Assembly (NCBI GenBank): GCA_024679065.1
Contig: JAGIQG010000008.1
Span: 26,226,001-26,290,000 of the forward strand
Reading direction: 5' to 3'
Origin: Sphyrna mokarran
Lineage: Eukaryota
DNA length: 64,000 bases
This document shows positions 11,776-25,368 of this stretch, piece by piece. Position numbers and translations under genes: made by a program. The number at the start of each line of letters is the position of its first letter. Within the stretch, counting starts at the first letter, position 1. Under the pieces are notes generated by a model. The model worked only from the letters and a program-made list of their open reading frames with translations. It was not told the origin of the DNA and made no database searches.

Positions 11776-12461
11776 GTAGTAAAGCTTCGTAAGATCCATA
11801 GTTTTGTTCTTGGTAACGTTTTTATTTGTTGAAAATTGTTATTGCGAGATCCTTTATTGTGCTTCAAGTGCCCTCATCCTGGAGTGACAGAAGTATGAAT
11901 TACATCCAAATCCTTCGGTCTACAAGCAGTTTCATTTACCACTCAATTAGTTCACATTCAGCAGTAACTTCATTCTGTCTTTGGAAACTCTGTTAAAACT
12001 TTAGACTGATAAAGAAACTTCAAATTTTGGATTGCCATTCTCAGAGGTTTTGGAAATATTTGGAAATAATTACAGCAAAAAGCAATTCAAATGTCCGCAG
12101 AAATTTCACTTGTAATGTCATGCCTATTTAAGTAAAGCTTTAGTTAAAAAAAAACATTTCTGGCTTGCTCTGTGTTTGCCCTCCATCTGCATTATCTTAT
12201 TTCATCCCACTAGCAGGAAGCTTACTATGTTGGGAGCCCAGGAAAATTGGGAAGGAGTGGAGAAAAATGAACCTTTTCTACTTAAAAGCTTCTTGCAGTT
12301 AAAGGGTGGAGCACATTACACATAACATTGCAAATATCACTTTGAGATACAATGTCTGAATACTTTGCAATTGACAGGTGGTAAATGTAGCAGACTTGGG
12401 AGGAATAGATGACTGAGATTTTTCTCTTGTCACACTTGGGTTTGTTGTGGGCAAATGTATT

Positions 12462-12705
12462 TTTTTTATTTGTATTACAAGTAGACTTATATTAACACCG
12501 CAATGAAATTGCTGTGAAAATCCCCTAGTTGCCATACTCTGGCACCTGTTTGGGTACACTGAGAAAGAATTTAGCTTGGCCAATGCACTTAACCAGCACT
12601 TCTTTCAGATTGTGGGATGAAACCAGATTCTACACAGATAGTGATCCAAACCAGGAATTAAACCCAGATCCCTGGGGCTGTGAGGAAGCAATGCTAACCA
12701 CAATG
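12462..12705 (-). mobile_element. HE1-like SINE, tail type B, internally deleted
   Basis: Reverse copy of the tail, partial core and head. Confidence 0.75.
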
Positions 12706-13059
12706 CTATCTAAGATTGATTGCAATGATTATTCAGCAACTCCATTACCTTTATATGATGTGATTACCAGGATGATCAAAGCTGACTTCATGGATATTAC
12801 TCTTCTCCGTTTAACAATTAGTATGTTAACAGGCTTGCAAAAAAGCCTGAAATGTCTGGAACTAAAGGAGGAAAAAAGCCAGCTCCTTACATTTTAGAGT
12901 TTGATGTGCTGTTACAAATATTGGAATGACGGTATGCCATGTCAGGAAAACCAAGAAAACCACTGAGGAAGAAGCCACCACATTCAACAGTATGGGGCAT
13001 GTTGAAGGAGGTAGCTTGGAGAGGATTTTCAATCATTCAAGGGCTTCCTAAGAGAATTT

Positions 13060-13772
13060 GAACGTACCCATGAAGTAAGCACAGATAAGGCTATTTTCAG
13101 ATGAATAACAGGGCAGATCACTTAATTATGGGCACAGTCCACGTCAAATGTTTGATAAATGAGGTTTACTAGCAAATATGGTTACTCAGCATGCAAAGGA
13201 TTGGAATACAAAGGGAACGAAATCATACTACAATTGTAAAAAACTCTGATTATTACTGCTGCTGGAGTATTCCATTCAGTTCTGGCCACTGTGCCTCTGA
13301 ATGTATATATTGATCTAATTGGAATGTGTGCAGCGTGGATTCACCAGAATGATTCCAGGTTGAGACATCAACATAAATTAGATTTGCATTCCCTTATGTA
13401 TAAAAGAGTAAACCTGATCTAATTGAGGTCTTTGAGGTAATTAGAGAATGTAATAGAGTAGATAGAGAGCAACTATTTCCCCTGATGGGGTAACAAAGAG
13501 ATATAACATGTAAACTCAGAGCCAGGCCATTCAGCAATGCAGAAAACACTCCTTTCATACATAGGATTAGGCAACTTGGAAAAAATCTGAAAAGGCATTC
13601 CCTTCAAAAAGCTGTTGAAATAAGATCCACTTTTAATTTCAAAACTGTGATTGATAGATTAAGGCACATAAATGGAGTTGACATACAGATTGGTATCTTA
13701 TTCGATGCATGTTCTAATTGAGTAATAACCAGGCTAGAGGGGCTGAATGGCCTGCTGCTGGTCTTATGCATT
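13060..13772 (+). mobile_element. Old CR1 LINE 3' fragment
   Basis: Degenerate KGLEYKG..ILQL.KTL...LLEYSIQFW.P region and a GGGCTGAATGGCCT tail. Confidence 0.7.
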
Positions 13773-15039
13773 CAAGTAGAATATGGAGCTGAAAAGAAAT
13801 CTGCATGCAAGGGAGATTCCGCTGAAGTTTCAAAGCATTTCAAGTATTTTGTTGTCTAGTGTTCTATTTGTGCCCAGCTTGAGAAGAATGTTTTAACTTG
13901 TTTTGCAGCTGCTTTCAGAATGGGCTGGATTAATGATCGTTTATTATAAGTGCTGTAAATCCGTGTTTCAAATGTTAATGTCATAGCACACCTATGGTTT
14001 ACCGGAATGAAACTGCGAGGAGTGGCACATACTAAGGACCTGATGACTGTCTACTCCCTAATTTAATTAATGTTTTCCTATTCTTTGGAGCCACAAATTA
14101 TGACCCACAAGCGGAGTTCATAGTTTGTATCACTCAGATGTTAGTAAGATACTGAAAGCAGTTTGGACAATCTCAAGCAAGCTCTAAAAGAGCCTTGGTC
14201 CGTGCACCAAGTTATTTACGATTCAATATGAAATATTGACATTTAGCACAGTGAATATAATAATTGTCACAGATGAAAGCTGAAGCAATACAGCATGATC
14301 TTTACTATGACCAGTGACTGGCGATCCAGGAATCTAGGCTGAATTCTTATGTTTTTCAGAGATTGAGACCAACAGCAGGTCCCAATCCCATTGCTTGTTT
14401 CTGGCTGTCAGCCTGCATCAAGTCACGGGAAGCAGTCACTTAAGAGTTTGTTCCTGGGATCACCATCTAATTAAGGACTGCGGGCAGGAGAGGCAGGCAG
14501 CAAGGCCAACGGGTGGACCTGTCACCTTGTCCTGTCTACGCTCCTGCTGAGTGAGATGCGTACCATGCGGCAGACAAGATGGAGGCAGCGTCTGGGTAAT
14601 TTGCACATTATCTAAAATGACTCGTGACCCAGAGTGCCAGCCCAGCATTGTGAAGAGGGTCCCACTATCCTTTGGCTGCCCTGGGGGATATGAATGCAGG
14701 AGAGATTCATCAGTCTCCCTAGCCTACCACCAGGAAGTGACCTCCAGGCACCTGCTAGGTTTTGCTGCAGGAAAGATCCCAGCTACACTTCAATCTGGCA
14801 CCAATTGACCTGGTAACTGGCAGTAATCGGCTACCCACAGGCTGTCAGTTGGGTCGTTGCTTCTGTTGTATACCCACCTCAGGCAAGATTAGTCAGAGGG
14901 GAGAATACATTGGGTGGACAACCTAATATTCATTCTCAGAAATTCGCACTGCCCTATCACCAAAGCTGCCTCTGCACAGCTGGTAAGATTGAGCCATGGA
15001 CATCTGGGACACCTCTATAGAAATTTGGGGATTATCAAA

Positions 15040-15370
15040 GGTTCGGTTAGGTTGATTGGTCATGCTAAAATGGCCCCTTACTGTCCTCAGATGAGTAGAT
15101 TAGAGGGATTAGCAGGTAAATGTATCGGGCTCTGGGGGTGAGGCCTGGGTGGAATTGTGATATGTGCTGACCCGATGGGCCAAGTGGCCTCTTTCTGCAT
15201 TGTAGGGTTTCTATGACTCTAAGACTGGCCATGCTAATTGACCATGCTAAATGTCATGGGATTAGCAGGGTAAATATGTGGGTCACGGGAATCAGGCCTC
15301 TGTGGGATTATAGTCAATGCAGACTCAATGGGCCAAATGACCTCCTTCTGAATTGTAGGGATTCTATGAA
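15040..15370 (+). mobile_element. Two tandem 5'-truncated HE1-like SINE 3' halves
   Basis: GGCCATGCTAA...GATGGGCCAA.TGGCCTC...CTATGA occurs twice (15040-15216 and 15225-15370). Confidence 0.75.
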
Positions 15371-15494
15371 AATTGATGATACAGTATGCTTTAATATACA
15401 ATTTACTTTTAATGGAAGAACAGACTGCCCGTATTGTGTGCTTGGGACACATGTTGCCGGGGCTACTTATTATAAATCCTGCCAGCAACATTCA

Positions 15495-16145
15495 TACGAA
15501 CATAAGGACTAGGAGTAGAAGTAGACCATTTGGCCCCTTGAGCCTACTTCTCCATTCAATAAGATCATGGCTGAGCATTTCATGGACTCAGCTCCACTTA
15601 TCTGCTCACTTACCATAACACTTAATTTCCTTTATTGTCCAAAAATTTATCTATCCTTGCCTTAAAAACATTTAATGAGATAGCTTTAACTACTTCACTG
15701 GGTAGAGAATTCCATTGATTCACAACCCTTTGTGTGAAGACATTCCTCCTCAACTCAGTCCTACATCTACTCTCCCTTATTTTAAGGTCATGGCCACTAG
15801 TTCTTGTTTCACCCACCTGGGAAACAACTTCCTTGCTTGTATCTTATCTATTCCCTTCATAATCTTGTATGTTTCCATAAGATTTCCCCTCATTTTTCTG
15901 AATTCCTATAGCCCCAGTCTACTCAGTCTCTCCTCATAAGCCAACTGTCTCCAGAATCAACCTAGTGAATCTCCTCTGCACCCTCTGCAGTGCCAGAACA
16001 TTCTTTCTCAAGTAAGGAGACCAAAGCTGTACTCAGTACTCTAGGTGTGGCCTCACCAACATCCTATATAGCTGCAACATAACCTCACTGTTTTTAAACT
16101 TCAACCTTCTAGCAATGAAGGACAAAATTTCATTTGCCTTCTTAA
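15495..16145 (-). mobile_element. CR1 LINE 3' fragment
   Basis: ORF pieces KKANEILSFIARRLKFKNSEVMLQLYRMLVRPHLEY and RTSGHDLKIR..FTQRVVNQWNSLP. Confidence 0.85.
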
Positions 16146-17354
16146 GGGAAGTCCAGCAGTGGAGATCCTGATTCCTGGACTGAAATTGCATTGGGGTGGT
16201 GGATGCATCAATTTTGTGTCTTGCCCAGTTCAATCTGTACAACTGGGTGTACAACTGTACAACCAGCCCAACATACCTGGACTGTATTATTATGATTCGG
16301 AATTGCTTAATGCTGACATCTAAAACTGGTTGGTGATCTACTATTGATATTTTCCACATAGATGGTCAAAAACAAACGTCAAAAAATGGAACGAATACAT
16401 CTGCTTCAGTGTAGTTCTTTTCAAAAGTTAGATTCCTGCAACTGGGCAAGGCATGTCACATTTACTCGGAGAAGGTGGGGGTGGGGGAATGGTTGAGCCA
16501 GAAGTATGCGGTACTCTGCACAACCACATTTCACACCAACAAGAGTCAATGATTGAATTCTGATAAGAGAGGTCTCGGGCAGACCTTCTGCATACCCCAC
16601 ATCAAAAGGACATGCTGAGGGGATTTTCAGGGTTTCGCCAGAAAAAAACCCTCCCTTTATGTCATTAAAAAATCCCAGTAAAGCTTGAATCAATGAGGGC
16701 TGGCATGAATGCCTTTGCGGTCTTCTGGACTCCACCAGGCCTTCCCAGGAGTGTCCCATTAAGTTAGAGTGGCTCAACCATGGCCTGGTGGAGAGTGGAT
16801 AAAAAAAACTCAACCCATTTGGGCCTGTAGAGGGCTCTGTTCCTCTGGTGAGCTGGCTTGTACTGTGGCTGTCATTTCTGGTGCACCATTGCCGGTGCTG
16901 GTTACCTTTCCTCAGGTATGTGAAGGAGCCTCTCCCTGAAATTTGTCTAACTTTGTTTGAATGTAAGGTGGAGCTTCTGATTTGGGGCTAATGTGCAGAC
17001 AGAGGAAAGTCCCAGAACTTTCCAGAGTGCAGAGATTAATATGAAAACTTTTAGACCACAGTTCAAGTAATTAATAGCATTACATCTACAAAAAGTAATC
17101 ATAGTAGTAATGGCTTTATTTTACCACAACATGAAGGGATTTATTAGCCGATGATGGAAAACAATTTTTGAAATGTTATGGCCTTGCTTACTAAAATTCT
17201 ATACTGCAATAATGTGAATATTAAAGGTTTGATAATACTGATTGGGGCAGGCCACTCAGCCCTTTGAGTCTGCTCTGCTATTCAATATGATCATGGCTGA
17301 CCTGATTGTGCTTCAACTCCACATTCCCACCTTCCACTGAGGAAGAAATGCAGT

Positions 17355-17480
17355 GGGCCGGATTCTCTGACCCGGCCTGCAGCTGGGATTCTCCAGTCCC
17401 ACTGCTGTGAATGGAGATTTGGTCAAGCGTCAAATTCTCCATTCTTGCTGGAGGCCAATGACATTGGAGAATTCTAGCCA
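17355..17480. mobile_element. Short MITE-like element (GGGCCGGATTCTC...GAGAATTCTAGCC)
   Basis: Imperfect terminal inverted repeats. Related GG-GATTTT / AAAATCCTGCCC ends occur at 25580-25593, 29490-29650 and 47540-47662. Confidence 0.5.
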
Positions 17481-17522
17481 ATTTTGAGGATTAACAGTCC
17501 TTACTGTATCAAGAACAGATTA

Positions 17523-17905
17523 GGGGAGGCGGTGATCTAGTGGCATTAAACTACATTATGAATCCAGAAACTCATTCGTGTTCTGGGGACCCAGCTTCAA
17601 ATCCGACCACGGCAGATGGTGGAAATTTGAATTCAAGAGAAAGTATCTGGAATTAAGAATCTGCTGATGATCATGAAACTACTGTCGTTAAAAACCCATC
17701 TAGTTCACTAATGTTCTTTTCGGAGAAGAAATCTGCAATCTTTACCTGGTCTGGTCTACGTATGACTTCAGAGCCACAGTAATGTTGTTGACTCTCAAAT
17801 GCCCTCTGAAATGGCCCAGCAAGCCATTCAGTTTCAAGGGCAACTAGGGATGGGCAATAAATGCTGGCCAGCCAGCAATACCCATGTCCCATGTGAGTAA
17901 AAAAA
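17523..17905 (+). mobile_element. Second tRNA-derived SINE family (head shared with the LINE at 31509; tail shared with the LINE end at 53460-53508)
   Basis: A-box-like TGATCTAGTGG, B-box-like GCTTCAAATCC, ~310-bp body, and tail TCAAGGGCAACTAGGGATGGGCAATAAATGCTGGCCAGCCAGC plus an A-run. Confidence 0.8.
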
Positions 17906-18139
17906 TGAGTCAGCACTGATTCCAGTCTTTTCCCAACTGATGCATTTTTAGATTATCCTCAGCCTCACCTGCATAAATATCATATAAATAGCCACATAAC
18001 AGCTATATTTTTCCCGACAAGCAAGATAAAATTGTTTATTATTATTTTCTCAACATTTCAGATTGCATCCCAGCCATGTCCTATCTCTGAAAAATAATAT
18101 CTCTCATCTGAACTTCAAACCTTAATGGATTGGGATTAA

Positions 18140-19415
18140 CATATGAACGCATATACAAATTAGGAGCAGGGATAGGCCACTCAGCACCCCCTTATAAATG
18201 CTTGTATATGCATTATATACATGCATTATTGTATTGATAACATTCATTAATAATTGATAACATTCTATTCGCTTTACTTGCTGTACCTGAGTTCCTTTTG
18301 TGATTCATGCACTAGGGCACCCAGATCCCTCTGCAACCTGAAGCTCTGCAATCTCTTGCCATTTACATAATGTGTTTTTTTATTCTTCCTGCCAAAATGG
18401 AAAATTTCATATCTTCCCACATATACCCCATTTGCCAGTTCTTTAGCCACTCCCTTAACTTATATATGTTCCTTTGTAATCTCCTTATATCCCCTTCACA
18501 ACTTACTTTCCTACCTATCATTGTGTTGTCATCAAACTTCACAACCATACCTTTGGTCTCTTCACCCAAGTTACTTACATAAATTGTAAAAAGTTGAGGT
18601 CCGTGTGGAATGCCACATATTATATCCAGTCAACCAGAAAATAACTGATTTATACTTACTCTCTGTTTCATTTAGCTAGCCAATTTTCTATACTTGTTAT
18701 CCCACCACACCATGAACTTTTATTTTCACAATAATTTATGATGTGGCATTTTATCAAATGGCTTCTGGAAATCTAAATACAGTACATCCATCAGTTCCCC
18801 TTTACCCACATCATATATTAATTTTTCAAAGAATTCCAATAAATTAGTTAAACATGATTTCCCTCTCATAAAACCATATTGACTGTGTCTTGAATTTATT
18901 TAAATGCCCTGCTACATCATCTTTAATAATGGCTTCTCAAACTTCCCTTCTGTCAGATAATCATCAGAAGCTTTTTCCCAGGGCTGCAATGACTGTCACA
19001 AAAGGACACAGGTTTAAGGTGCTGGGGAGTGGGTACAGAGGAGATGTCAGGGATAAGTTTTTTACTCAGAGGGTGGTGGGTGTGTGGTGGAATCGGCTCC
19101 CTGTGGTAGTGATGGAGGCGGATTTGATAGGATCTTTTAAAAATCTTCTGGATGAGTACATGGGACTTAGTAAGATTGAGGGTTATAGGTAAGCCTAGTG
19201 GGTAGAGATATGTTCAGCACAACTTGTGGGCCAAAAGGCCTGTTTGTGCTGTAGCTTTTCTATGTTCTATTAAGTTAATTGGCCTATATTTTCCTGCTTT
19301 CTGTCTCCCTTGCTTTTTGAATAAAGGAGTTACATTTCCAATTTTTCAACCTGATGGAACTATCCCCAAATCTAGGGAATTTTGGAAAATTAATACCTAC
19401 GCATCAACTATCTCA
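18140..19415 (-). mobile_element. Old CR1 LINE fragment (RT region), interrupted at 18955-19272
   Basis: Minus-strand ORF VVKFDDNTMIGRKVSCEGDIRRLQRNIYKLREWLKNWQM, a decayed FADD region. Confidence 0.8.
18955..19272 (+). mobile_element. Younger CR1 3' end nested in an older CR1
   Basis: LFPR...KGHRFKVLG..YRGDVRDKFFTQRVVGVWWNRLP and a TTCTATG tail. Confidence 0.85.
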
Positions 19416-19914
19416 GAAAATGCTGGAAAATCTCAGCAGGTCTGACAGCAGCTGTGGAGAGAGAATAGACCCAATGTCTCGCGTCTGGAGTTTCTTCTCT
19501 GAGATAGTTGTTAGTGTTTGAAATTATCTTAAACACAGAAACCTAGGGGCAAATTTTCCCATTCTGCCTGCCACAGGAAAGATCCATTCATCTTGGATGG
19601 GATTGTTTCAGGGCTTTGTGTCAAAGTTCATTTATTCTACTGGATTATTTTCCTCATCTCTAACTGTAACAATCTGTTATTTTAGTCGTAGGAGTAGGCT
19701 TTCCCATCTGGTTTTCAACTCTCCCATATTTAAAATTTGCATCTGAATGCACTCTGTGTTCTGAACTACTTCTCCCAGTATTGTGATTGGTTCACTAACT
19801 TTGACTACCCACTCCACACAGCCAGCTCGGCACAACATAGAGGGCCAAAGGGCCTGTACTGTGCTCTACTGTTCTATGTACTGTTCTATGATAGCCTAGC
19901 TGGAAAATCCCACT

Positions 19915-20490
19915 CATAGAATCTAGAAACAGGACTAGGCCCTTCTGCCCTTCAAGCCTGCTCTGTCATCCATTTTGATCATGGTTGATCTTCAAATTCA
20001 ATATCCTTTAGGCTGCACAGTGGCTAGAACTGTTGCCCAGGAATCCGGGTTTGATTCCTGGCTTGGATCACTGTCTGTGCAGAGTTTGCCCATTCTCCCT
20101 GTGTTTGCGTGGTTTTCCTCCAGGTGCTCTGATTTCCTCCCACAGTCCGAAAGATGTACTGGTTAGATGCATTGACCTGAGCAGGTGCCAGAATATAGTG
20201 ACAAGGTGAATTTCACATTAGCTTCATTGTAGTGTTAATGTAAGCCTTACTTATGACTAATAAATAAAGTTTACTAATGCCTCCCCACCTTGCTCCATCT
20301 CTCTTGATCCCTTTTGCACAAGAGCTATATCTAATTTTTTCTTGAAACCAGACAAGGTTTTGCCTCAACTACTTTGTATGGTAATGAATTCTACAAAGTC
20401 ACCACTCTCTGGATAAAGAGATTTCTCTTCGCCCCAGTTAAAAAAGGTTTATCCCTTGTCCTCAAACAATGACCCCTACTTCTGGACTTC
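19915..20490 (-). mobile_element. CR1 3' fragment with a nested SINE
   Basis: Tail ATAGAATCTAGAAACAGGACTAGGCC; CR1 3' coding remnant resumes after 20275. Confidence 0.7.
20010..20273 (+). mobile_element. HE1-like SINE, tail type B
   Basis: B-box GGGTTTGATTCC, core, and tail GTGTTAATGTAAGCCTTACTTATGACTAATAAA. Confidence 0.8.
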
Positions 20491-20494
20491 TACA

Positions 20495-20680
20495 TAAAGA
20501 AAGGTGGAGGCTGGGCTATTTAACATATTCAAGACTGAGTTGGACAGATTTTGATTGATAAGGGTCTTGGGGGTTATGATTGACAGGCAGGAGAGTGGAG
20601 ATCAACCATGCTGTTATTGAATGGTGGAGAAGTCTCGAAGCACTGAATGGCCTAACTCTGCTCCTAGTTCCTATGCTCTG
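20495..20680 (+). mobile_element. CR1 3' tail fragment
   Basis: ATATTCAAGACTGAGTTGGACAGATTTTTG...CTGAATGGCCTAACTCTGCTCCTAGTTCCTATG. Confidence 0.65.
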
Positions 20681-21627
20681 ATGTGCTCACATTGCCCTCC
20701 TCAACCTTCTTACCAAAACATATCACTTCACACTTCTCTGCTTTAAACTTCATCTGGGATGTGCCTGACGTACTCAGCAGTTTTCACTTGGGAAGCTAAT
20801 CCTTCCCAATGGATTTCATCAGTCTAGTGCTACCCTGGCTAATCCCAGCTTCGGTGGCAAGACACTAAATTCAGTGCCTAGAATGCTTTCAAAACAACAA
20901 TAAAACAGGAAAAGTTAGAATTATTTTGATAATTGATTGGCATTTGAATGGTGAAGGAATAATCTGCCTGTATAGGGGAGCCTCAAGGATATGACGGCAC
21001 AATATGTGTGGCATAATTTGACCATTTTCATGGTGCAGAAAGGATTACCTGGGCTTATTAACATTCCCTGAATGTCACAATGGTCAGAGCACATTGTTGT
21101 TGGGATCACTGAGCAATTATATGTGTCCTTCACTTGCTCAATCAACTTCAAACCATAAACTGTGTAATTCCCTTCTTCCATCTTTTACTGCCACAGGAAT
21201 GGAATCTTTGTAGCTCAGCTCTTTAGTGTCATTAGAAGGATTGCAAATTCTGGTTAAGTGTCAGCAGGAGGACATTTTAACCTTGTTTTGGTGTAACTCC
21301 TAATTTAGTCACCTTTTTTTGCTGGCTCAGCAATGTCCCGCAGCTATGTAGACATTATGAATTATGTAAATATGAAATTGAAGTGATTCAATAAGGTTTT
21401 AATGATTTTTTAAAAAGTTCCATGATAAAGTGAAATAAAAGCTGTTCATATGAAATGTACTAACGCTATTAAAAAAAATAGGTCTAAGTAACTATAGTTT
21501 CTAAAATAAAGTGGCTTCAATAGAATAAACATGCTAACAGAATATTGAGCTGATTTTAACTAAAATGGGTCTAAAGGTTGTTGAGACTTTGCACCACTGC
21601 ATTAGCAGAATTGCATGCAGGCAACAA

Positions 21628-21915
21628 GATGGTATGGTACAGTTACTGGCATTGCTGTCTTACAGTGCCAGGGATCTGGGTTCAATTCACTGTCTGTGCG
21701 GAATCTGCATGTTCTCCCCATGTCTGTGTGGGTTTCATCCGTGTGCTGCAGTTTCCTCCCACAGTACAAAAGACGTGCTGGTTAGGTGCATTGGCCGAAC
21801 TAAATTCTCCCTTGGTGTATGCAAATAGGCGCTGGAGTGTGACGACTAGGGGATTTTCGCAGTAATTTTATTGCAGTATTAATATGGGCCTACATGTGAC
21901 ACTAATAAATAAACG
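21628..21915 (+). mobile_element. HE1-like SINE, tail type B
   Basis: Head, core and tail GACTAGGGGATTTTCGCAGTAA...GTGACACTAATAAATAAAC. Confidence 0.8.
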
Positions 21916-23314
21916 TTGAAAAAACACAGAAGTACAGTTTAACCATAATAATGTTATTGATTTATCTTTATTTGTATGTTGCCAAATGAAACCTGAAAAA
22001 AAATCGAATGATCATCTTTAAGAAGATGCTGTGTCATTGAATGGTAATGAGAAGCAAGCCATATTTTCCTGTGCTCTCAGGAGCTGAAAGAGAATTAAGT
22101 AAACCATGCAGGGCACAACAGAAATGTCCGTTGACCTCGGGCAGGAATTTCCAGTCTTGCTGGAGCGAGTCCATAAAATTTCGCCCAGAGTCTTTGAAAG
22201 ATTCAAATGCATTTTACTTCCTGGTATTATTGACCTTGTTAACTCCAGCAACTTCCTAAAACATAATTACTCAGACAGAACAACCAAGGAGACTAAGAAA
22301 CTAAGTTGTCTCTTTTTTCCATTAGATCCTTGGATAGCAATTTGAAGGTCCCTATATAGGGGAGACATTGGAGCAGTGATGGACATTTCGTCATTGACTC
22401 TAATAGCAGCCCTATGCCATGTTAATGGCCTACTATTCCAGATAGACACTGGTCAGGTCAAATGCAGAGCCATTTGTATTACCTTTCAAAGATGGCAGAA
22501 GAATATCATGGTCACATGAACACAATAATTTTGATACTATTTATAAATGCTCAGTAAACAAACCACTACGTTGACCATGAAATGTTGACACTACATTTAT
22601 AGCAAGTGCAAGGCTGTTAATACAAAAGTTGTATTTATTTAAAAGTAGCTTGGGAGAAATTGTGAGTTTAACCGTCAAGTTTTTCAATGGTACTGATATT
22701 GAACTTTGTTCTTCTATGGGCGTTGTAAGAAAGAAAATGTTTTCTTTTTAATACACAGGAGCAACACAAGGGGAGAATAGTTCCAGCAGATGATCTGAAG
22801 TGTTTGAGTAAATTTAAAATGTTCTACTTGTATTTTCATGGAGTTTTATGCGTCTGAGTACATTTTACCTTCTGACATCACTGATCTTATTAAACCCAAC
22901 AACTTTCTGAAACAGTATTACTCAGTGTAGCAGGTGGCAGCTTAAGTACCTTCTCTCTCCAAGTCTTCAGTTTATTACCAGTGTTTTAATCCTATTACTG
23001 CTAACTGAGTGAAGCCTGCGGTTCTTTTCGATGATGCAAAGTGGAAATCATAATGAGAATCAAAGGGGAGTAAAGAATCTCGTTAATACCAGTACTTAGC
23101 TCTCGCCAGCTTAGTTCAAAAAATTACTTGTTTTGAGTGTCGGGAAAATTTTAACACAGCCAGACAAAGCAATACATAATCTTCTTCTGCGCACGTTAAT
23201 ATTTAGATATCTGAGGATGAAATAGAAACAGCAATCTAAATCTGTGCCTGAAAACACATCAACAGCTAATCTGTATATGTGAGAGTAGAGATGATCATTG
23301 AATCAGGGAACGGT

Positions 23315-23592
23315 TATAGAATCCTTCTGCAGAACGAGGCCATGTGGCCCATCGAGCCATTAACAGAAGGATATGGTCCCTGGAAGGGTGGGAGATTTTA
23401 GTTCAGTTGGGCAGCACGGTCGGTGCAGGCTGGAGGAACAAAGGGCTTCTTCCTGTGCTGTAATTTGCTTTGTTCTCTGTTCTTTGAGCCTGCACTGACA
23501 ACAATCCCACTTAGCCTAATCCCTGTAGTGTATTTACCCTGCTAGCCCATGCGACACTAAGTGGCAATTTTGCCAATCAACCTAACCTACAA
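23315..23592. mobile_element. Minus-strand SINE 3' part with a plus-strand CR1 tail nested at 23363-23485
   Basis: The CR1 tail GGATATGGTCCCTGGAAGGG...TGTGCTGTAATTTGCTTTGTTCT matches the tail at 63830-63946. Confidence 0.65.
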
Positions 23593-25240
23593 AAAAAGAG
23601 GTCGTTCAGCTCCTCACCCTTGTGCGCTGACTCTCTGCAAGAGTAAACCAGCTGGCCTTTCTCCCTGACCTTCTCTGTATCACTGCAATTTTTATTTTCA
23701 TTCAAATACTTACCTAATTTACTTTTGATAAGTCAATAACCAACCTGAATAGAAACTGGAAACATGGAACTAAAATACCTGGACATAGGCTTGACCTGTA
23801 TTGCAATTTTTGTATTCATGCAGGTATAATTTGAATATGAAGTCTCTCAAATCCAATTTGGCAAACAAGTGTGGAGCCATCCCGATGAGTTGACTGCTAT
23901 TGTTTAGACTTCATGCCGTTTGCAGTATAACTAAAGTTTGATGTCATCTTGGAATGTTTAGAAAGTTCCCTATGCAATATGCTCACATTAAAACATTTGG
24001 ATGTCAATTGCCTGGCTGAAAAATGGTACACAGACAGCAAAATTTTCTGAATCTAGCGGTACTGGTTTGAGATGATTAGCTTCAGTTTCATTATACCTTT
24101 CATAAAACAAAATGCAGAACACAGAAATTCAATATGATGTAGAAATATAATTATTCTTGAGTTGCATTGGTGTAAAACTATCTATGAGTCAGATACATTG
24201 AAAAACAATCTTCCTACACCGTTGTGCGTGATGTGAATGAAATTGGTCAACCCCAGAGGTAGAGTTTTGAGACCCTGCCAAGCTTGGAAGTAGAGGTGGA
24301 TGAGGCTTGGAAGTACCAGCTCTGAACGATTTCCAACTCCATTCCTGGTTCTGGCAGATTTGGGGCTAGCAGGTTTGCCTTTCCCACAAGATGAGTAGCC
24401 AATTTGGCTCATTCATGGAAGGTCATGGAGGCTGACTGGGACTTTCAAATCAGTTATCCATTTCTTCACATGACTGGGGAGGGGGGGCAGTTCAACTGTT
24501 CAAAAGGAGGACCCAGCATCCCTGGCAGATCTACAGCCCTTTCTTCCTTGTTGGGAATGCGACCAAAGAACATCCTAGTAGAGATATTACATGGCCTCTG
24601 TACAGTGATGGTTTGCCTGCTTTTTCTATTTTTGAATGAAGTGTTTAAGCAACTGGCTGAGATTTACCTTCATGATGTTAGACTGTTAACCATGGCTCTA
24701 TTGGTAGCACGCATGACAGTGAGTCACAAGCTTCCAGGTATGTGTACAGATTGGTTGCTATATTTCTAAATTACATAGTGACCACACTTCAGAAGTACTG
24801 AATTGCCTGCAAAGTACTTTGAAATGTCCTGTAGTCACGAAATAAATTTATTTTTTTCTGTTTACTTTTCATTTGACACTCATTACATCTGGCTGCTGCT
24901 CTGAATCTGGATGACCTCTGATTGGTCCCCCAGCTTTCAGATCCTGCCTCCCACTCTTAACTGGATAGCTGAGTCACTGCTAATGATGGAGTCGCCCTAA
25001 TCAAAATCCCACAGAATGGCTGGGGGGAGGGAGGAGGTAGACTTAAAGTCCTGGAATCACTCCTGGCACCTGTTTCCCAAAATGAAAAATACCATTCCAG
25101 GGCTACAAATCAGAATGGAAGTGAATCAACAGCCTGCTTTGCGCAATGTTCAATTTTCTTTTTCATGAGTGTAAAACAAGCCAACAATTTATGACCAGTT
25201 TCTTTCCTGCCACTACTTATGGCCAATTTCATCCGCTGTA

Positions 25241-25325
25241 TTGATGAAAGATCATAACCTGAAACGTCTCTCTCCACAGGTGCTGCCTGACCTGCTGAGT
25301 ACTTCCAACATTCTTGGTTTTATTT
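25241..25325 (+). mobile_element. Penelope-like terminal repeat fragment with decayed minimal hammerhead
   Basis: TTGATGAAAGATCATAACCTGAAACGTC..CTCTCCACAGGTGCTGCCTGACCTGCTGAG. Related copies at 7880-7965, 19415-19490 (-) and 53560-53625 (-). Confidence 0.55.
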
Positions 25326-25368
25326 TGGTTTTTCAGTATTTTCCTCTTGTTTAACACTCCGTGGCCAA

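Noticed and set aside
11473-11832. 119-aa ORF as a single-exon gene
   Set aside because: Similarity is confined to the segment between the acceptor (11544) and the donor (11775); the flanks are intronic read-through.
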